Shown piece by piece: positions 38,601 through 53,109 of a DNA stretch of 64,000 bases (position 1 is the first letter of the stretch; every line of letters begins with the position of its first letter). The notes below the pieces were generated by a model. That model saw only the letters and a program-made list of their open reading frames with translations, did not search any database and had not been told where the DNA came from. Location of the stretch: contig CM041465.1 in the NCBI GenBank assembly GCA_023213395.1, forward strand, positions 221,161,741 to 221,225,740, given 5' to 3'. Origin of the DNA: Cycas panzhihuaensis. Lineage: Eukaryota > Plantae > Cycadophyta. The position numbers and the translations under genes are program-made.

Positions 38601-41600
38601 TAACCATGCTTCGAGAAGATGAGGAGTGAGAAGTGGAAGGAGTGGTGGGACCATAGCAGTCGACCCACCACTCAATGTACTCTGGGGACTCTTCGAAAGA
38701 GTTAGAGGGAGTCCTCATGTGATAAGTGACAAGATGTTCCCTCATTTCATCACCTATAGAGGGTGATGAAGTGGAAGATGATGTAACATGGGAGATCACA
38801 TGAGTGGTAGTAGCAATGACATATGACCCCAAAGAAAAATTGGTCTCCTCTACTCGTGTTTAGGAGGGATATGGGATGAGGAAGGTTCCTATCCTTGCTG
38901 TCTAACTCGTCATCGCTAAGCACAACAAGGTGCTCATAAATCCTTACACCAATAGGGGCAAAGCATATAAGATTCAAGGAAGAAGAGGAAGGACCTTCTT
39001 CTAAGTGGGACGAACTAGGAATGTCAATGGAGCAAGTAGAGGCATAAGTGGAAGGGCCCTTATCACCCTTCACTTGGTCGCGAACTATTTAATGAGGTTG
39101 ATGGGGCTGTTTAGCAGGAGGAGGCTTCTAGGAGACAACCCTCATTCACCCCTCATGGATGAATTTAAGTTATCTCTAATGGGATGAGCACACAGTCCCC
39201 ATCTGGTCGAGCCATGGGTATCCCAGCAAGAGGTTGTAGTCAACGTCCACGTTGAGAGCTACGATATTGGTGAGGACAGTTTTATCCTTGAGAGTAAGGG
39301 GAATGGACACTGATCCTAAGGGTGTCTTTTCACTATGATAATAGCCTTGACGCTACCATAGAACTAGTTCGAGGGCTGAGATGCCAAGCTCTTGCATAAT
39401 GTGTAAGGGCATGGTATTGATGAAAGAACCATTGTCTACAATGGTTCTTTGAAGAGTGCATCCAGGTGTGTCGATGGCTATGGTGAAGGGGTAGTGCCAT
39501 TGGCGTTCCCTTTCACCAGATGGGGGAAGACCTTTAAGATAGAAGGAGATGACGGGTTCACAACTTCGGATGATGCCCAAGGCATGAATGGGCACGTCAA
39601 CTAATCCCAAAGTCTTTAAGAGAAGGGTGCGTTATTCAGGGCAGCTTCTTAAGACATCCATCATGGACATCCCCGCGGCCACGATGTGGAGCTCATCAAT
39701 GATGGAGAAGGGATTTCCCTTCACGGTAGGTTAGGGAAGCGCCCTTCAAAAATTGTAATGACTAGGGCACATAGGAATGGTCTTGGGAAGCGCGAGGATT
39801 TCTAAAGGAGGGACTTCTAGAAGAGGATCAAGGTGAGGCATGAAAGAAGAGGTGTTGTTTGCCTCTCTAGCTGCTTGGGATCAAGTTAGGGCATATAACA
39901 GTGTGGTCTCAAGTATTTGAATGACTCTCTTTCCTCTGTTTCAGGATCAAGAGGGGGAAGGAGTTGGCGATCAGGAGAACCGAAAGAAGAGGACGAGTTC
40001 CTTATACCATTCTCTTTAGTTTTTGAAGGGCGAGGGTTTGGGGACCTTCCTTTATTGTAGTTACCCTTTTGTTAAGTGTTGTGATTATGTTCCCCATGTT
40101 TAGGAAAATGATCTTTATGGACGGGTTGGTCTAGATTAGGCCTAGATGCCTGTTTGGAGGAAGAGTCACGTTGCGGGGTAGCTTTAGGGTGCTAGGCCCT
40201 ACATTATAAATCTTTGTGGAAGCACTCCCCATGGACAGAACACCATTTCTTCTCTAGGGAGGAATCCAACTTCCTCGCTTGAGAAGACTAGGTATTACCG
40301 CTCTTGGGGGGTGCAACTTGAGAAGCTTGGTGAACTGGTTTATGTGAAGTAGGGGATGAAGGGGCTTGAAGTTTAAGCTCCTTCATGGTACATTTGAAAG
40401 AACGTATAGTGGAGGTTAAGAGATCTAAGGTCTTTTCTGTTGGGTGAGAAGAAGACCTAGGAGGTTGTTGGACTTTTGTTTCATGGGGTGGAGGAGATGC
40501 CTCACGTCCTTGTGAGGACCTAAGAGGCCTTTTAAGACCCACTTGTATCTCAATTGCCTTGAGGGCCAAGCATTTATCTATGGCATAATCACACGTTGTT
40601 ACCTCCATTTTGAGGACTTCAACGTGGATTTCAGGGCAAAGGATGTTAATGAAGAGATCTCTCTTTAACTCCTTAGGCAAGGTTGCCTTTGTGGAGTGGA
40701 GAAGATCATGAAAGCATCTCACAAAGTCATGATTTATCTCATCATGACCTTGTTTAAGAGACATGAGATCTTTTATTCCACTCTCAAAAGGATGAGCTAT
40801 GTCAAAATAATTGATGAATTCATCCACGAGTTGTTGGAATGAATAATTAGAATGTGCTAGAAGGTGATAGAACCATTTAAGAGCATCACCTTGGAGAGAG
40901 CATAGAAAGAGTTTCATGAGGATATGGTTATATGCCCAATAATCGATGCATGCCATAGAAAAAAATTTGACATGCTCCATTGGGTCTTGCAATGAGGTCC
41001 CATCAAATTTGGGAACCTTAGGAGGGTGGGGCGGTAAGTTGGTTCTTAACGCCTCAATAGATAGAGGTGTCAACTTATAATCTATAAAGGGGTGTTCCCT
41101 TGATTGGACCATAGGATCAATGAAAGGTGGAAGAGGAGGGGGACAAGGCTACCCGAATCCTCCTTGAGAGACTTGGTTTGAAAGGGGATATTGACCTCCT
41201 CCCGTTTGGTGGGAAGGACCTCCTTCCACATTCAAAGGAATTTGCGTAGGAGCAGATGGGTACGAGGGACCCATCCCTACTTGTGGAAAATCTTCTTGTT
41301 GGAAGGGAGCTTAGGAGATGGTGCCTTGGAGGGGGGCTAACCCTACTTGTAAAAGCACCACATAAGAGAATGAAATGGAGGGATGTAGAATCAGGTTTTG
41401 CCCGTAGGTGGCGTGACACCATACAGATGCAAAGGGTCCACCTTATAAACTGGAAGGGGGTTTCCCTTACCATGCCCCCATGGTTGAGAAGTATAACTTG
41501 GAGGCACATAAAGGGAAGGATCCCTAGGTTGTGGTTGGGAATGTGTGGGGGCATGCCCCACATGGCTAGAAGTAGGGGCACACATAGGTCCCCTAGATCT

Positions 41601-42270
41601 AATGGGAGGTGGATATACTATGGTTGGTTGGGGTGTAGTTATTTGACTAGAAAGAGGCATACTCAACCCAAGTTGGGAAGAGGATATGCCTTGGGTGGTC
41701 CCTAAGGAACATGGACCATAGGGAATGGAGGATGAGGCAATGAATGCCCTCATTGTAGGTAAGGGGGTTAAACAAGATGGACGAGGTAGAGTAGATGTGG
41801 AAGAAGGAAGCGTGATGTGGCGCAAGTATCATCCAACCACTTAGGATGTGATTGGAGAATGGCGGCTTGGAAGCACTAGTTTAGGGCTTCCATGACATCT
41901 ATGGGAGGGGTGTTTGCCTGATCATAAGAGGTGGAAGGGTCCTCATATGAAGCAGACCCTACAAAGTGGTCCTCGTGAGGATTGTCATCAAAGTGATGGT
42001 ACTCTAAGGGAGAGCATGCCTCCACCTCGTGAGTGGAGAGGTGGTGGACTTGCGGGTGCCCTTGGTCACCTAAGTAAGAGATAGGATCCCCACCCTCTTG
42101 GGTGAGCCCTTAGAAAGAAGTGGATGGCTCATGGGATTCAGATACGTAGGCATGATATGCCTAATCCGAAGGGAATCCTTCCATGGTTGAATCAGAATCT
42201 GACGAAGGAAGGGGACAATAAGAGGAGTCTTCCAACAAGGGAGAAAGGCCTCGTAAGCGATGAGAGAGCC
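35608..42270 (-). pseudogene. gag-pol: Tat-like gag-pol (decayed)
   Basis: Gag PKFDG...LQGDALKWFY (40288-41112), protease VDNGS (~39440), RT MPFGLKNA and FMDDM, RH LNYSPTEKECL, INT CGGHF, YYPQANG and KFGPKWVGPF. Confidence 0.92.
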
Positions 42271-42416
42271 ATCACATACAATTTTCCCTTTATAAATTAG
42301 AAGAAAAAGAGATAATGTGATAAGTGTTGGGGGCTATCCAACAAATTGAGGAGAGCTACTAGAAAGGAGGTAGCACCAACAAGAAAGGAGAGAGGATTAA
42401 TCCCTTACCAGTGAGT

Positions 42417-42433
42417 GCCCAGTATGGTCTCCA
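42417..42433 (-). promoter_or_regulatory. PBS of the Tat-like element (tRNA-Arg-like, decayed)
   Basis: TGGAGACCATACTGGGC, 1 nt after the LTR end; resembles the Ogre/Tat-type TGGCGACTCCACTGGGG. Confidence 0.55.
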
Positions 42434-42434
42434 G

Positions 42435-45400
42435 TGGAATCACACCTCTGGGGGAGGTAACTAAACTTGGATGAGATCAAGACAAATCATCAAATATTGC
42501 GGTGGCTAGAGACCTACGGTGGCAAGTGAAAGCAATCACCCACAAAGGTCATTCGTGCGTTGAAACGTAGGTTTGGTACCCATAAATGGCGCACAAAATC
42601 CTTTAAGGCAACTCTTCCTAGATTTGGAGTGACAAGTAGACGAGGGATCTCCTCGATTTCTAGAATAACCTCAAAAGGGGCCCTCCCTTCCTTAGATCGC
42701 TGAAGGAGGGAGAAAAAAAGAGAGCAAGGGAATATCTCCTCGCGTGGAAGGGGTATAAGAGGAATAACTTTTAGTAGGAAAGAGGAAAAGGCACACATAC
42801 GTAGGTGGTCAAGAGGATGGCTAGTTCCACGAGCTAGATGTTGGCCTGAAGGCCAAACTATGGAGCCTAACTAAGAGAGGTAAAGAAAGTAAGAAAATGG
42901 CCTTGAGAAGGGGTTCCCTTAAGGTGCTAAACCTAGGAGGATCTTAGGAATGGTGAATCAACGAAAGAGGTTGTCTTTTACATTTGTGCTTGTTTAGTTC
43001 AAAGTAAAGAGATGTAAAATAAAGGTGTGGTGTGTATCACAATGTTGGATCCTTAGGCTAAAAAGATTACTTTTAAAGTAAGACAATAGTATAAAGCTCT
43101 CTCTCTCATTTACCTATACATATAACCTCTCTTTCTTTGACTTTTGAATGCAAGAAAGGGAGATCATAAAAGATTGGTATATGGAACAAAGCACGTGCAA
43201 AGGATGCAAGATTGCTAGATGACCATGCAATAAGATGGGAGAGATGTAGGCATGCAAATATGTAGGTTTCCACTACGTGTGCTTTACAAAGAAACAAGCA
43301 AACAATTAAAGTGCAAGAAGCTTATGCTAATCCTTTTTCTTTTCCTTTATTACCAAATGAATTCAATTGAGGGAGAGAAAGTAAGAAAGGAAAGTTAGGA
43401 AAAGAGAAGTTTACCCAGAGTATAATGGTCGAAGTAGCTCTACCCTTGCTATGCTCGCGATCCTAGTCCTTCTCCAATCACAGATGGCGTGACGGAAAGA
43501 GTGTCGGTGAAGAAGGGGGCTTCCTTACCTTCCTCAGAGATCAAAAGAAATGAAAAGGAAAGTAGTGCAATGAAATGTAAAAGTAACAACAACTCTAACT
43601 TACAACTCTGAAAGCAAGAGAAGTGACCATTGGAAGGAGGGGAATGTACCTGAAATGGAATCCCCTTTTGCTCTCCAAGTGCAATAAGGAAACCTGTGAT
43701 GAAATGGGGTTTGCCTTTTCCCAAGGGGTGCCAAATATATGTAGGATAGATATGCAATAAAGAAAGTGATGTAATACAACTATCTTAGCTAAAAAGAAAT
43801 ATGTTTGCCACCAATATCACTTTTTGTATTTTGTATGTTATTTAGCACACAATATGGGAAAAGGGGGAAAGAGAGAGAAGGGAGGCGACTAGCCTCAGAA
43901 TGGCTAACCCTCCAAATCAGAGGTGCTCCACACTGCCCCTAAGTACCAGGATGAAAGAAGAGATAAGTGCAACAAACTTTTAAATACAAGCAAAGAAATA
44001 ACAAACAATTTTACAAATGTTGTCAGAGTTGTAAAAGATGCAACATGTAACTTTTGCAAGTTCTACAAGGCTCAACCTAAGTGACAAAAAGGGGGGATGG
44101 AGTGGGGGCTGAAGCTCCACTCATGTAGGATCTTCTAGGCTGGTAGCAAGCATAGAAATGTGCTACCTATGCTGCTGCCATCGATGATCTTCCTTCAGAT
44201 GGCCCTTTGGGAACTCAAAGGAGGCACAAAAAAGGAAGAGGTGAGGAGAGAAGGGGAATGCCCTTGAGGAGAAGGCTTGCTGGGTACGAAACCCAGGCTT
44301 TGCTCCTTTCACTCTTCGTAAATGTCTCTTCCTTGCTGCCTCCTTAAAGAAACTAGAAAAGAGCAAGAAGGAGAGAAGGAATAGGCAAGAAGGGGAAGGT
44401 TTGCCTCATGTTTGATGTAGGAAGGAAGAGAAAAATTGCTACAAGTGTATTGACAAATAATATTTGTGTTGCTTAAAGGAAGGGAAATAAAGTACTGACT
44501 TAGAGATACCTATTTTGGGTGGATATGAGGCAGATCCACCTGTGGAATGGGGTAGAGAAGCCAACAGTGGAAACCCCAATAGAGCAGCAAGTTGGAAGAA
44601 AAACTAAAGTGAGGAAGATGATTGGTACTTGATGGAGTGCTCAGAGCGTGATCTTCCCTTAGATGGCAACATTGTAGGCTTGCAACTATGTGTCTGGAGC
44701 TGTAGGAGGTTGGTAGCTGGCTAAGAAATTGATGTTGTAGGTTTTGTCCTATTGTAGGCCATTTTTTGGAGAAGTGGTAGAAAAAGTGAGTGTGAGAGAG
44801 TAAGAAGAGAGTGAAATGAGGTTGTTTTTGGGTTTTTAAACCCAACCCTAGCTCAATCGAGTGATTAGGATTCAACTTGGGCTAGGAATAAGTTGCTACC
44901 ATTTGGTAATTTCATAATAAATGTGAAATTAGCCATGGGAAATTTAAACAAATAAATGTAGATAGTCACCCCATGGTAAACTTCATGGTGCCACAAAGTT
45001 TACAGTGGTAGCATGAAGTTTAACGTGGTGTAGTAGAAACATAACAAAAACAAAGGGAGGAGAGCCCAGAGGGTCCAAAAGGGGGGAAACTTAATCCCAA
45101 AGAAACATGGTACCTTGCCTAGGTGGCATGAAGGAGTTGAAAGGCCCTGGGAGGCCACAACAGATAAGTAACAGAGGCAAAAGGTTCTCTAAAAGGATAA
45201 CCAATGGATGCAGGATGATAACTAAGCCTAAGTGAGGTACTAGGGGTTATGGTACACTAACGAGTGATGTGATTGGGCTACGAAATACAAACAATACTTA
45301 GGAGCATTATGGAGGCAAGGAGGAGGGTTGTGGAGTGCTATGGGATATGTATCCCTAGATCATCACAGGCTTAAAAGTGTTGTGATGCAATATAGTCAAA

Positions 45401-45561
45401 CAATGGATGCATAGTGGTCATGCAATGAGTCAGTCATCATGCAGATGTAGATGAAGTGCTTCAATCAACCTTTCCTAGAACTGATAATGGTAAGGGATAG
45501 AAGCGCACCTATACTTACCTGGGTTGACTCACCCATGCCCATTCCTAGTAGCTGAGAAACA
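42435..45561 (-). repeat. Tat-like 5' LTR
   Basis: TGTTTCTC...GATTCCA on the minus strand. Confidence 0.93.
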
Positions 45562-47000
45562 GTAAGTAATGATGCCATACATTGAGCACACTCTTGACCA
45601 CCATAATCTCTAAATTATGTACTAGGTAATTCTTTTCATAATTCTTTAGCTTTTGTGATTCATATGATATAACCTTTTCATCCTACATTAGGATTGTACC
45701 TAGCCCCTCAATGCTCACATTTGTATAGACCAAAAATTTAACGTTTAGATTTGGTACAATAAGAATGGGTGCTAATGTGAGTAGTTTCTTTAATAGTTGG
45801 AATCATTCTTTATATAATTTTATCCAAATGAACTTGATGTTTTTCTTCTGTAATGAGGTGATAGGTGCTACAATCCTTAATAAGTCCTTCATAAACCTTC
45901 TATAATATCTTACAAGTCCTATAAATCTTTTCACCTCTTGTACATTTTTAGGCAATGGCCAATGCATGATTGCCATTATTTTCTATCGGTCGATAGAAAT
46001 TCTAGCTTTAGAGATCATGTGTCCTAAATAATGTATCTCTGTTTTATAAAACTCATATTCATTAAGTTTAATGTATAGTTTATGTTTGCATAATAATTGT
46101 AACACCATGCATAAATGTTCCCTGTTCTCCTTCCTAGTCTTTAAGTAAACTAATATATCATCAATGAATACCACAATGAATTTTTCTAGATATGCTCTAA
46201 ATACATTGTTCATTATATACAAATATTATTGGCACATTTCTTAACCCTAATAACATCATTAAAAACTCATAGTGTCCATACCTTATTCTAAATGTCATCT
46301 TGAAGATATCCTCTTCCTTTACTCTGATATGATAATATATAAATCTTAGATTAATTTTTGTAAATAGCTTTACACCTTCCTTCTGATCAGACAAACCCAC
46401 AATTCTACATAGAGAATATCTATTTTTGATAATAACCTTATTCAATTGCCTATATTATATGCATAATATTAAAGTCTCATCCTTCTTTATGAATAGAATT
46501 AAGGCTCCCTAATGAGATATGCTTGGTCTAATAAAGTCATTACCTAGTAAATCCTATAGTTGTATCTTTAGGCTTGCTAACTCTAGCACAATTAGATGAT
46601 AGGGTGCCTTAGAGATTGGATTTTCCCCTAACACTAGTTCAATAGAATACTCAATCTATCTTTTAGGGTATAACCCTAGTAATTCTTTAGGAAATACATC
46701 CTTAAGCTCCTAGATAATTGGAAGGTGTTTGAATTTGAGTCCCTTTTTCATTCCTTATTGACATGGATTACATAAGCTTGGTAGTTATTTCTTAGATACT
46801 TCTTTGCTTGTATAATAAAGGTTTATTATATGATTATTGAAATCTATTTCCTTTAAAGGATTGTGGGCTCTTTAATATTATTCCAATATTCAACTAACTT
46901 TTTATAATAATCAATCTTAGCATGGTGGCTCTTCAATCACTTTAATCTAGTAATAACATCATAATCCCCTAGAGGCAGAATTTGAAAAGTAACTCTTATT
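45562..47000 (-). pseudogene. pol: Tekay-like protease end, RT and RNase H (decayed)
   Basis: FQILPLGDYDV, FRIRYGHYEFL, FIVVFIDDILVY, VWHHYL. Confidence 0.85.
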
Positions 47001-47192
47001 TGTTAGAATATGGTATGAGAAAAATATACTCTAACACTAAATGATAGAAATAAAAGTATATAAATACGAGTTACACAGGCCTTAGGATCATATAAGACTA
47101 CAAGACTATACCATATAAGTAGAAATAATGAAAGAATATGTACAAACATATAATATAAGCACTTGTGGAAACTAATCACTTCTAATTGTATT

Positions 47193-47352
<160 letters not shown>

Positions 47353-49785
47353 CACCTAGTTGTCTAATCACATTTCAAGAACCACTTAGTCAACTAATGA
47401 TTAATTATAATGTAGAAGTATACAGACTATGACCTCCTAATGTACATTAGAAGGATAACTGCATTGAGTTGCATCAATTAAAATTTTATGTAGGTTAACA
47501 TTACTCAACATTTCTCTCTTAATACTAAATCATATTATATAATTACTTCAAATATTGATATTAGGTCTATATAAAAGCTAAACATCTACTAAAGCATATG
47601 GATAACCAACTATTATACGTGCTAGTCCTATGGAATAGCTTTGTTGTATATGGTTCACCAACATTTGTTTGTTAAGTAGCATTTAACTGCTCCTATTTTA
47701 TTTTTCTCTGTATCTCCTACCTAGGGCCATACCTCTAGAAGATAAACTAAGTTGTAAACCCTTAGCCCTATCTATTACACTATAGAATAAAAATGCAAAA
47801 ATGGTTATTTGAGTAAAATAGTCTAACAAAATACCTCTTTTTTAAATCATAGGCTCCATTTTAACACTCAATTAACTTAATGTATAAATTTCATACCATT
47901 AAAAATACCTTGAAAAATTATTAAATCATTTTATGTGACCACTTGTTAGAAAGACCCATGAGTTAACTTCATAATATAACTAATGATACTAAATTTTGAT
48001 GCTATATGAGGGAGTTATGTTCATTTCTATGAGTATAGGTACACTTTTTTTTTAAAATAAAAAAGGCCTTTTGTCATTGGCTCCTTAGTCACTTTAAAAC
48101 ACCCATATGACTATGCTAAATGACTAACAAACTTTAAAAACATATTAAAAATGTTTTAATTTTATCAAAAAAAGTTTACAAACTTTAGTTTATTAAAAAG
48201 AAAAGTAAATTTTAATAGAATTTTATTGTATGACATGTGCACCTCTCATGGACATTTTGATGATGTCCATGCTTAAAATATTCATTATTTCTCAGTCTAA
48301 GACACCTCTAAGGTAAAATAGGCCATTTAGACATAACAACAACATTAGTTTTTCCTAAAGGTCACTCATAGTGGAGAAAATAATATTATAAAATGCTTAG
48401 CATTTCTCAATTCTACTACAGAGGTGCCCAATATAGAACAGAACTATCCAATCACTATTAGAGCCAACATACATAGTTGGTTGATAGATCTACACTTATA
48501 AAAGGTACTAATAACATTAGGAATAGATCTTGTAGTGTCTTTTCTCAATTGGAAGGTGTCTAACTTACCTTAAATCTATCCAATAGTACAACGAAATTCC
48601 CCAATAACTATCAGAGCTAAATAACAACTAAATAGAGCTTAAAATCATATTAGCATGCTACTAAAACATTGATATGTTCCTTATAATAGCTACTAAGCTA
48701 GAATATGAGAAAAACATGGAAAGAAAAGGCCTAAAACTCTATTGAAATTAAATAAACCCTCATTACTCTTTCATACATAATTAAGGCTCTCAAAATAACG
48801 CATAGCCTCTACCATGACCTTAGATTGCCCCCCTTTAATATGTTATGGCTAAAAAATAGAGAGATCCTTCACCCAATGCTCTAATTTCTTTATCAAATGA
48901 TAACTTTCAACCTTTAACTTACTGATAAGGTGGAGCCATTAAAGAAAAACCCTAATAAACATGTAAACCCTTATTGCACATATAGTTAACTGATAATTTC
49001 ATTATATGTATAGGTTCTTAACATATTAATAAGCTCTACATTAAGTTCCAAACATGTAGTTTTCTTCAACATGAGCCAATAAGCCATTTATTGCTCTCAT
49101 CATGCCATAAAACCCTTATCAATTAAGGTTCTACCTACCATAACACCAGATTTATAAGGTAACCATGCTTATATTTGAAGCCCTACTCTTGGAATCATGT
49201 GCAACACTTACATGTATACCAGAAAAAAATGTAAATAACTAGTATAATAATGAATTAAACATGTGACAAACCTTTGTGGAATTTAAGATAACTGCAACAC
49301 TTATGCTTTGGCTAGATTTTTTGCATAGATATCAATATGCTTTAGACTTATGGAACCAATATACTTCTAAGTGATCTACATAATTGCAGTTCAAAACCAT
49401 CCACAACCTATAGTAGAACTTGACTTTATAAATTAATAGGCTACTCCCCTTATTGCTCATAAATATCCATATTAAAATAAGATTAGAATAAACCCTTAAG
49501 AAGTGGACGCACTCATAATCTTATAGCCTAACTTGGGGTTTAAAATAAGCTTAGATCAAATCTCTAAGTAAGGCTTTGATACTAATTACTAGAATATGGT
49601 ATGAATAAAACATACTCTGATACTAAATGATAGAAATAAAAGTGCATAAATACAAGTCATATAGGTCTTAGGATTATACAAGATTATGAGACTATGCCAT
49701 ATAGGTAAAAATATAGAAAGAATATATATAAATATATAACATAACACTTGTGAAAAATGATCACTTCTAATTGTATTATGCCAAA

Positions 49786-50662
<877 letters not shown>

Positions 50663-50784
50663 ACCACCTCACCCCACTGCCCACTCCCCGGGCCCCGGCT
50701 AAGGGGGGCTCCCTTGAAACCCCCCAAAAAATTATAAAACATGCCATAATTTTAGCCCCATAATTGTTGTCATAATACCCAACA

Positions 50785-52290
50785 TGGAGGTCAAAAACCA
50801 CGAAGTTTATGATTTTGACTAAAGTTATCTTTCAAGAGTATGAAAGGGTTATTATATATACCAAGTATTTGGAGCCATTGGACTCCAAGGATAGTGTTAG
50901 ATCCTCTAATTAATAAGGTGTAGAAGTCATAAACCAAATGGTAAGTTCAAATTTTAATATATAGGTCTTTTATTATTCCTATGTAATGATGCTTATGGTA
51001 GCCTATAAGGGATTAGGTGAATCTCAGTTTTGGAATAATGTATAAGTTGAGTTATCTGGCTAATGAGATATTAATGAAGTTTAGTAATGCACTATTATCA
51101 ATTAGGATAGTAATGGGAGTTTTTCAAAGTATGCCTTTGATACATAGAGGTTTGAAACAAGTAGTAGAAGAGATAGTAGATAAGGATACTTCAGGCTTAG
51201 GTTAGGGGGAGGTTTTACAGAGGACTTTTCTTTAGGTTTATGGTTAGAGCTAGATTTTCCTTCTAAAGATAATTAAGGGTTAATAGTGATTACCATACAT
51301 TTTGCCTTGCTGAATGTACTATGAATGGGGGTCCATCATTTTGAGCACTTGATATACATGCTAATTTCCTTGCATCTATGGGATCCTATAAGTGGTACAT
51401 AATCTAGTGCTAAGAAGGGTTATACTACTTATGATTGCTTTATTGTACATTATGAGTCATCAAGATGAGGTCATTGATAATGTAGGTCTATTCGTTGAAA
51501 ATGTTGATACCATGTAGTATTTTAGAAAAAAGGCAATGTTTGATCCACTACTAATTCAACCTCAACTGCTTTGGCCATAGTAATTACTTATCTTAAGTTT
51601 AGTGGAAATATTTTTTTGAGATTTATTTGGATACACTTCTTGAGCCCTGCTATATAGATTTCAATGAGTGTTTGATGATTGAGAGACTAGCTCACTTAAT
51701 TATATATATTCTAAAATTCATCTATATAGTCTTTTATTGATGATAGCTACTTTAATTGAGTAAGTTGGCTAAAGAAAGTTAGGTTTCATGTGTCCTCATA
51801 CTACTCAAAGAAGTTATTACAAAATTCAATGTATGTCTAATTGGTTGGGTACTCTCACTACCACCATTAGAGCAAATGATGTGATTTTCCACCCAGATGG
51901 ATAGAGGTAAAAGTTAATTTGTCATTTAAAGACATAGGATTAAGAGAAAAATAAGACTCCAATGTACTAATCTATCTCTTTACACTATCATTATTTAAGT
52001 CTAGATCAAATATGGGGATATTGATCTTATGATGAAAGGGTTATTGTCACAAGCCTTGGTTGGGAGGGGGTTGTTGTCATTGGTTTGATATTCTTATTGA
52101 ATTTGAGGTGGAACATTGGTTGACCATCTTGGTAACCAAATTTATAATATCATTTTTCATCTTTATCAAGTATTTTTAAATAGCCATATTGCTTGATATC
52201 CAGGCGATCTCATTTTACATAGTGGTAAAATCACTATACATGATAGTGAGCTAGGTCTCTAAAGCTATAATTTAGTTTGCCTATTAGTGC
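50785..52290 (-). pseudogene. Second, different Gypsy gag-protease fragment (decayed)
   Basis: INIPIFD...LESYF, TILIDNSALLNFI, YDFYTLLIRGSNTILGVQWLQILG. Confidence 0.65.
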
Positions 52291-53109
52291 CATAATTTGG
52301 ATAAATACAAGCTACTAAAGAAGAAGCAAATTCTATGAAAAGGGATTAGAAAGATAGAATGAGATAAAGGATTTAGGGAGAGATAAAAAGAAAGGGACTA
52401 GAGAATTAGGGAATGATATAAGGAAAAGAGGGAGGCAGGGTGTCTATAGCATGTTGACCCTAGAAAATGTATAATGAATTTACCTAGCGCATTAAGATGA
52501 GTGTAGAAAGTATGTTAAAATGGGATAGGTGAGTTTTAAGTAGAAAATTTAGGTTGCAGGGCCCATAGGATGCCTATGTGTCATTATACCCTAAAAATAT
52601 TAGTTAAAACTACCCTAGTGAAAAATGATTAGTGTAATATATTAATCAAAATAAGATGTATGAATATTTAGGGTTAATTTTAAACTGTGTTTTTATTTTA
52701 TTTTTTTCATGGTAAGTATATTAGTGTAGGTTTTATTTGAATTAGAGGAGTATTAATAAAAGTGACCCCATGAAGTAGGTGATAGCTCTTTTATTTATTT
52801 TTTCTATTGGAAGAGTAGACATTGGGCTCAAGGACTAGACTTTAGACTAAATGTTTATACAAAAAAGAAAAAGGGCTTAATTTTAGTGTTATCACTATTA
52901 TTATTAGTTTTTTGTTATAATTTTGTATCTTAAATTTTTTTTTTGATTAGATAAAAAATGAAAATCAGTGGGTTTTAGGGAGGATCCCACAACCTAATAC
53001 ATCATAAATGTGTCGAGGCATAAGAGTGTAACTATAAGTCCGTGACAACCCCACGGACTAGGCCAGAAAAAACACAAGATGCCGGGACAAGCCCCACGGC
53101 TAGCTACTG

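Larger units (their letters stand above)
27518..45561 (-). mobile_element. Tat/Ogre-group Ty3/Gypsy LTR retrotransposon (~18 kb) with extra 3' ORFs
   Basis: ~3.1-kb LTRs at 27518-30681 and 42435-45561. TSD ATAAG/GTAAG; removing the element restores the host frame WHHYLLRKKFE. PPT AAGGGAGTAG. Order gag-PR-RT-RH-INT. Confidence 0.92.

Noticed and set aside
45511-45561. U1 snRNA gene
   Set aside because: The match is limited to 12 nt, with no U1 body or Sm site following
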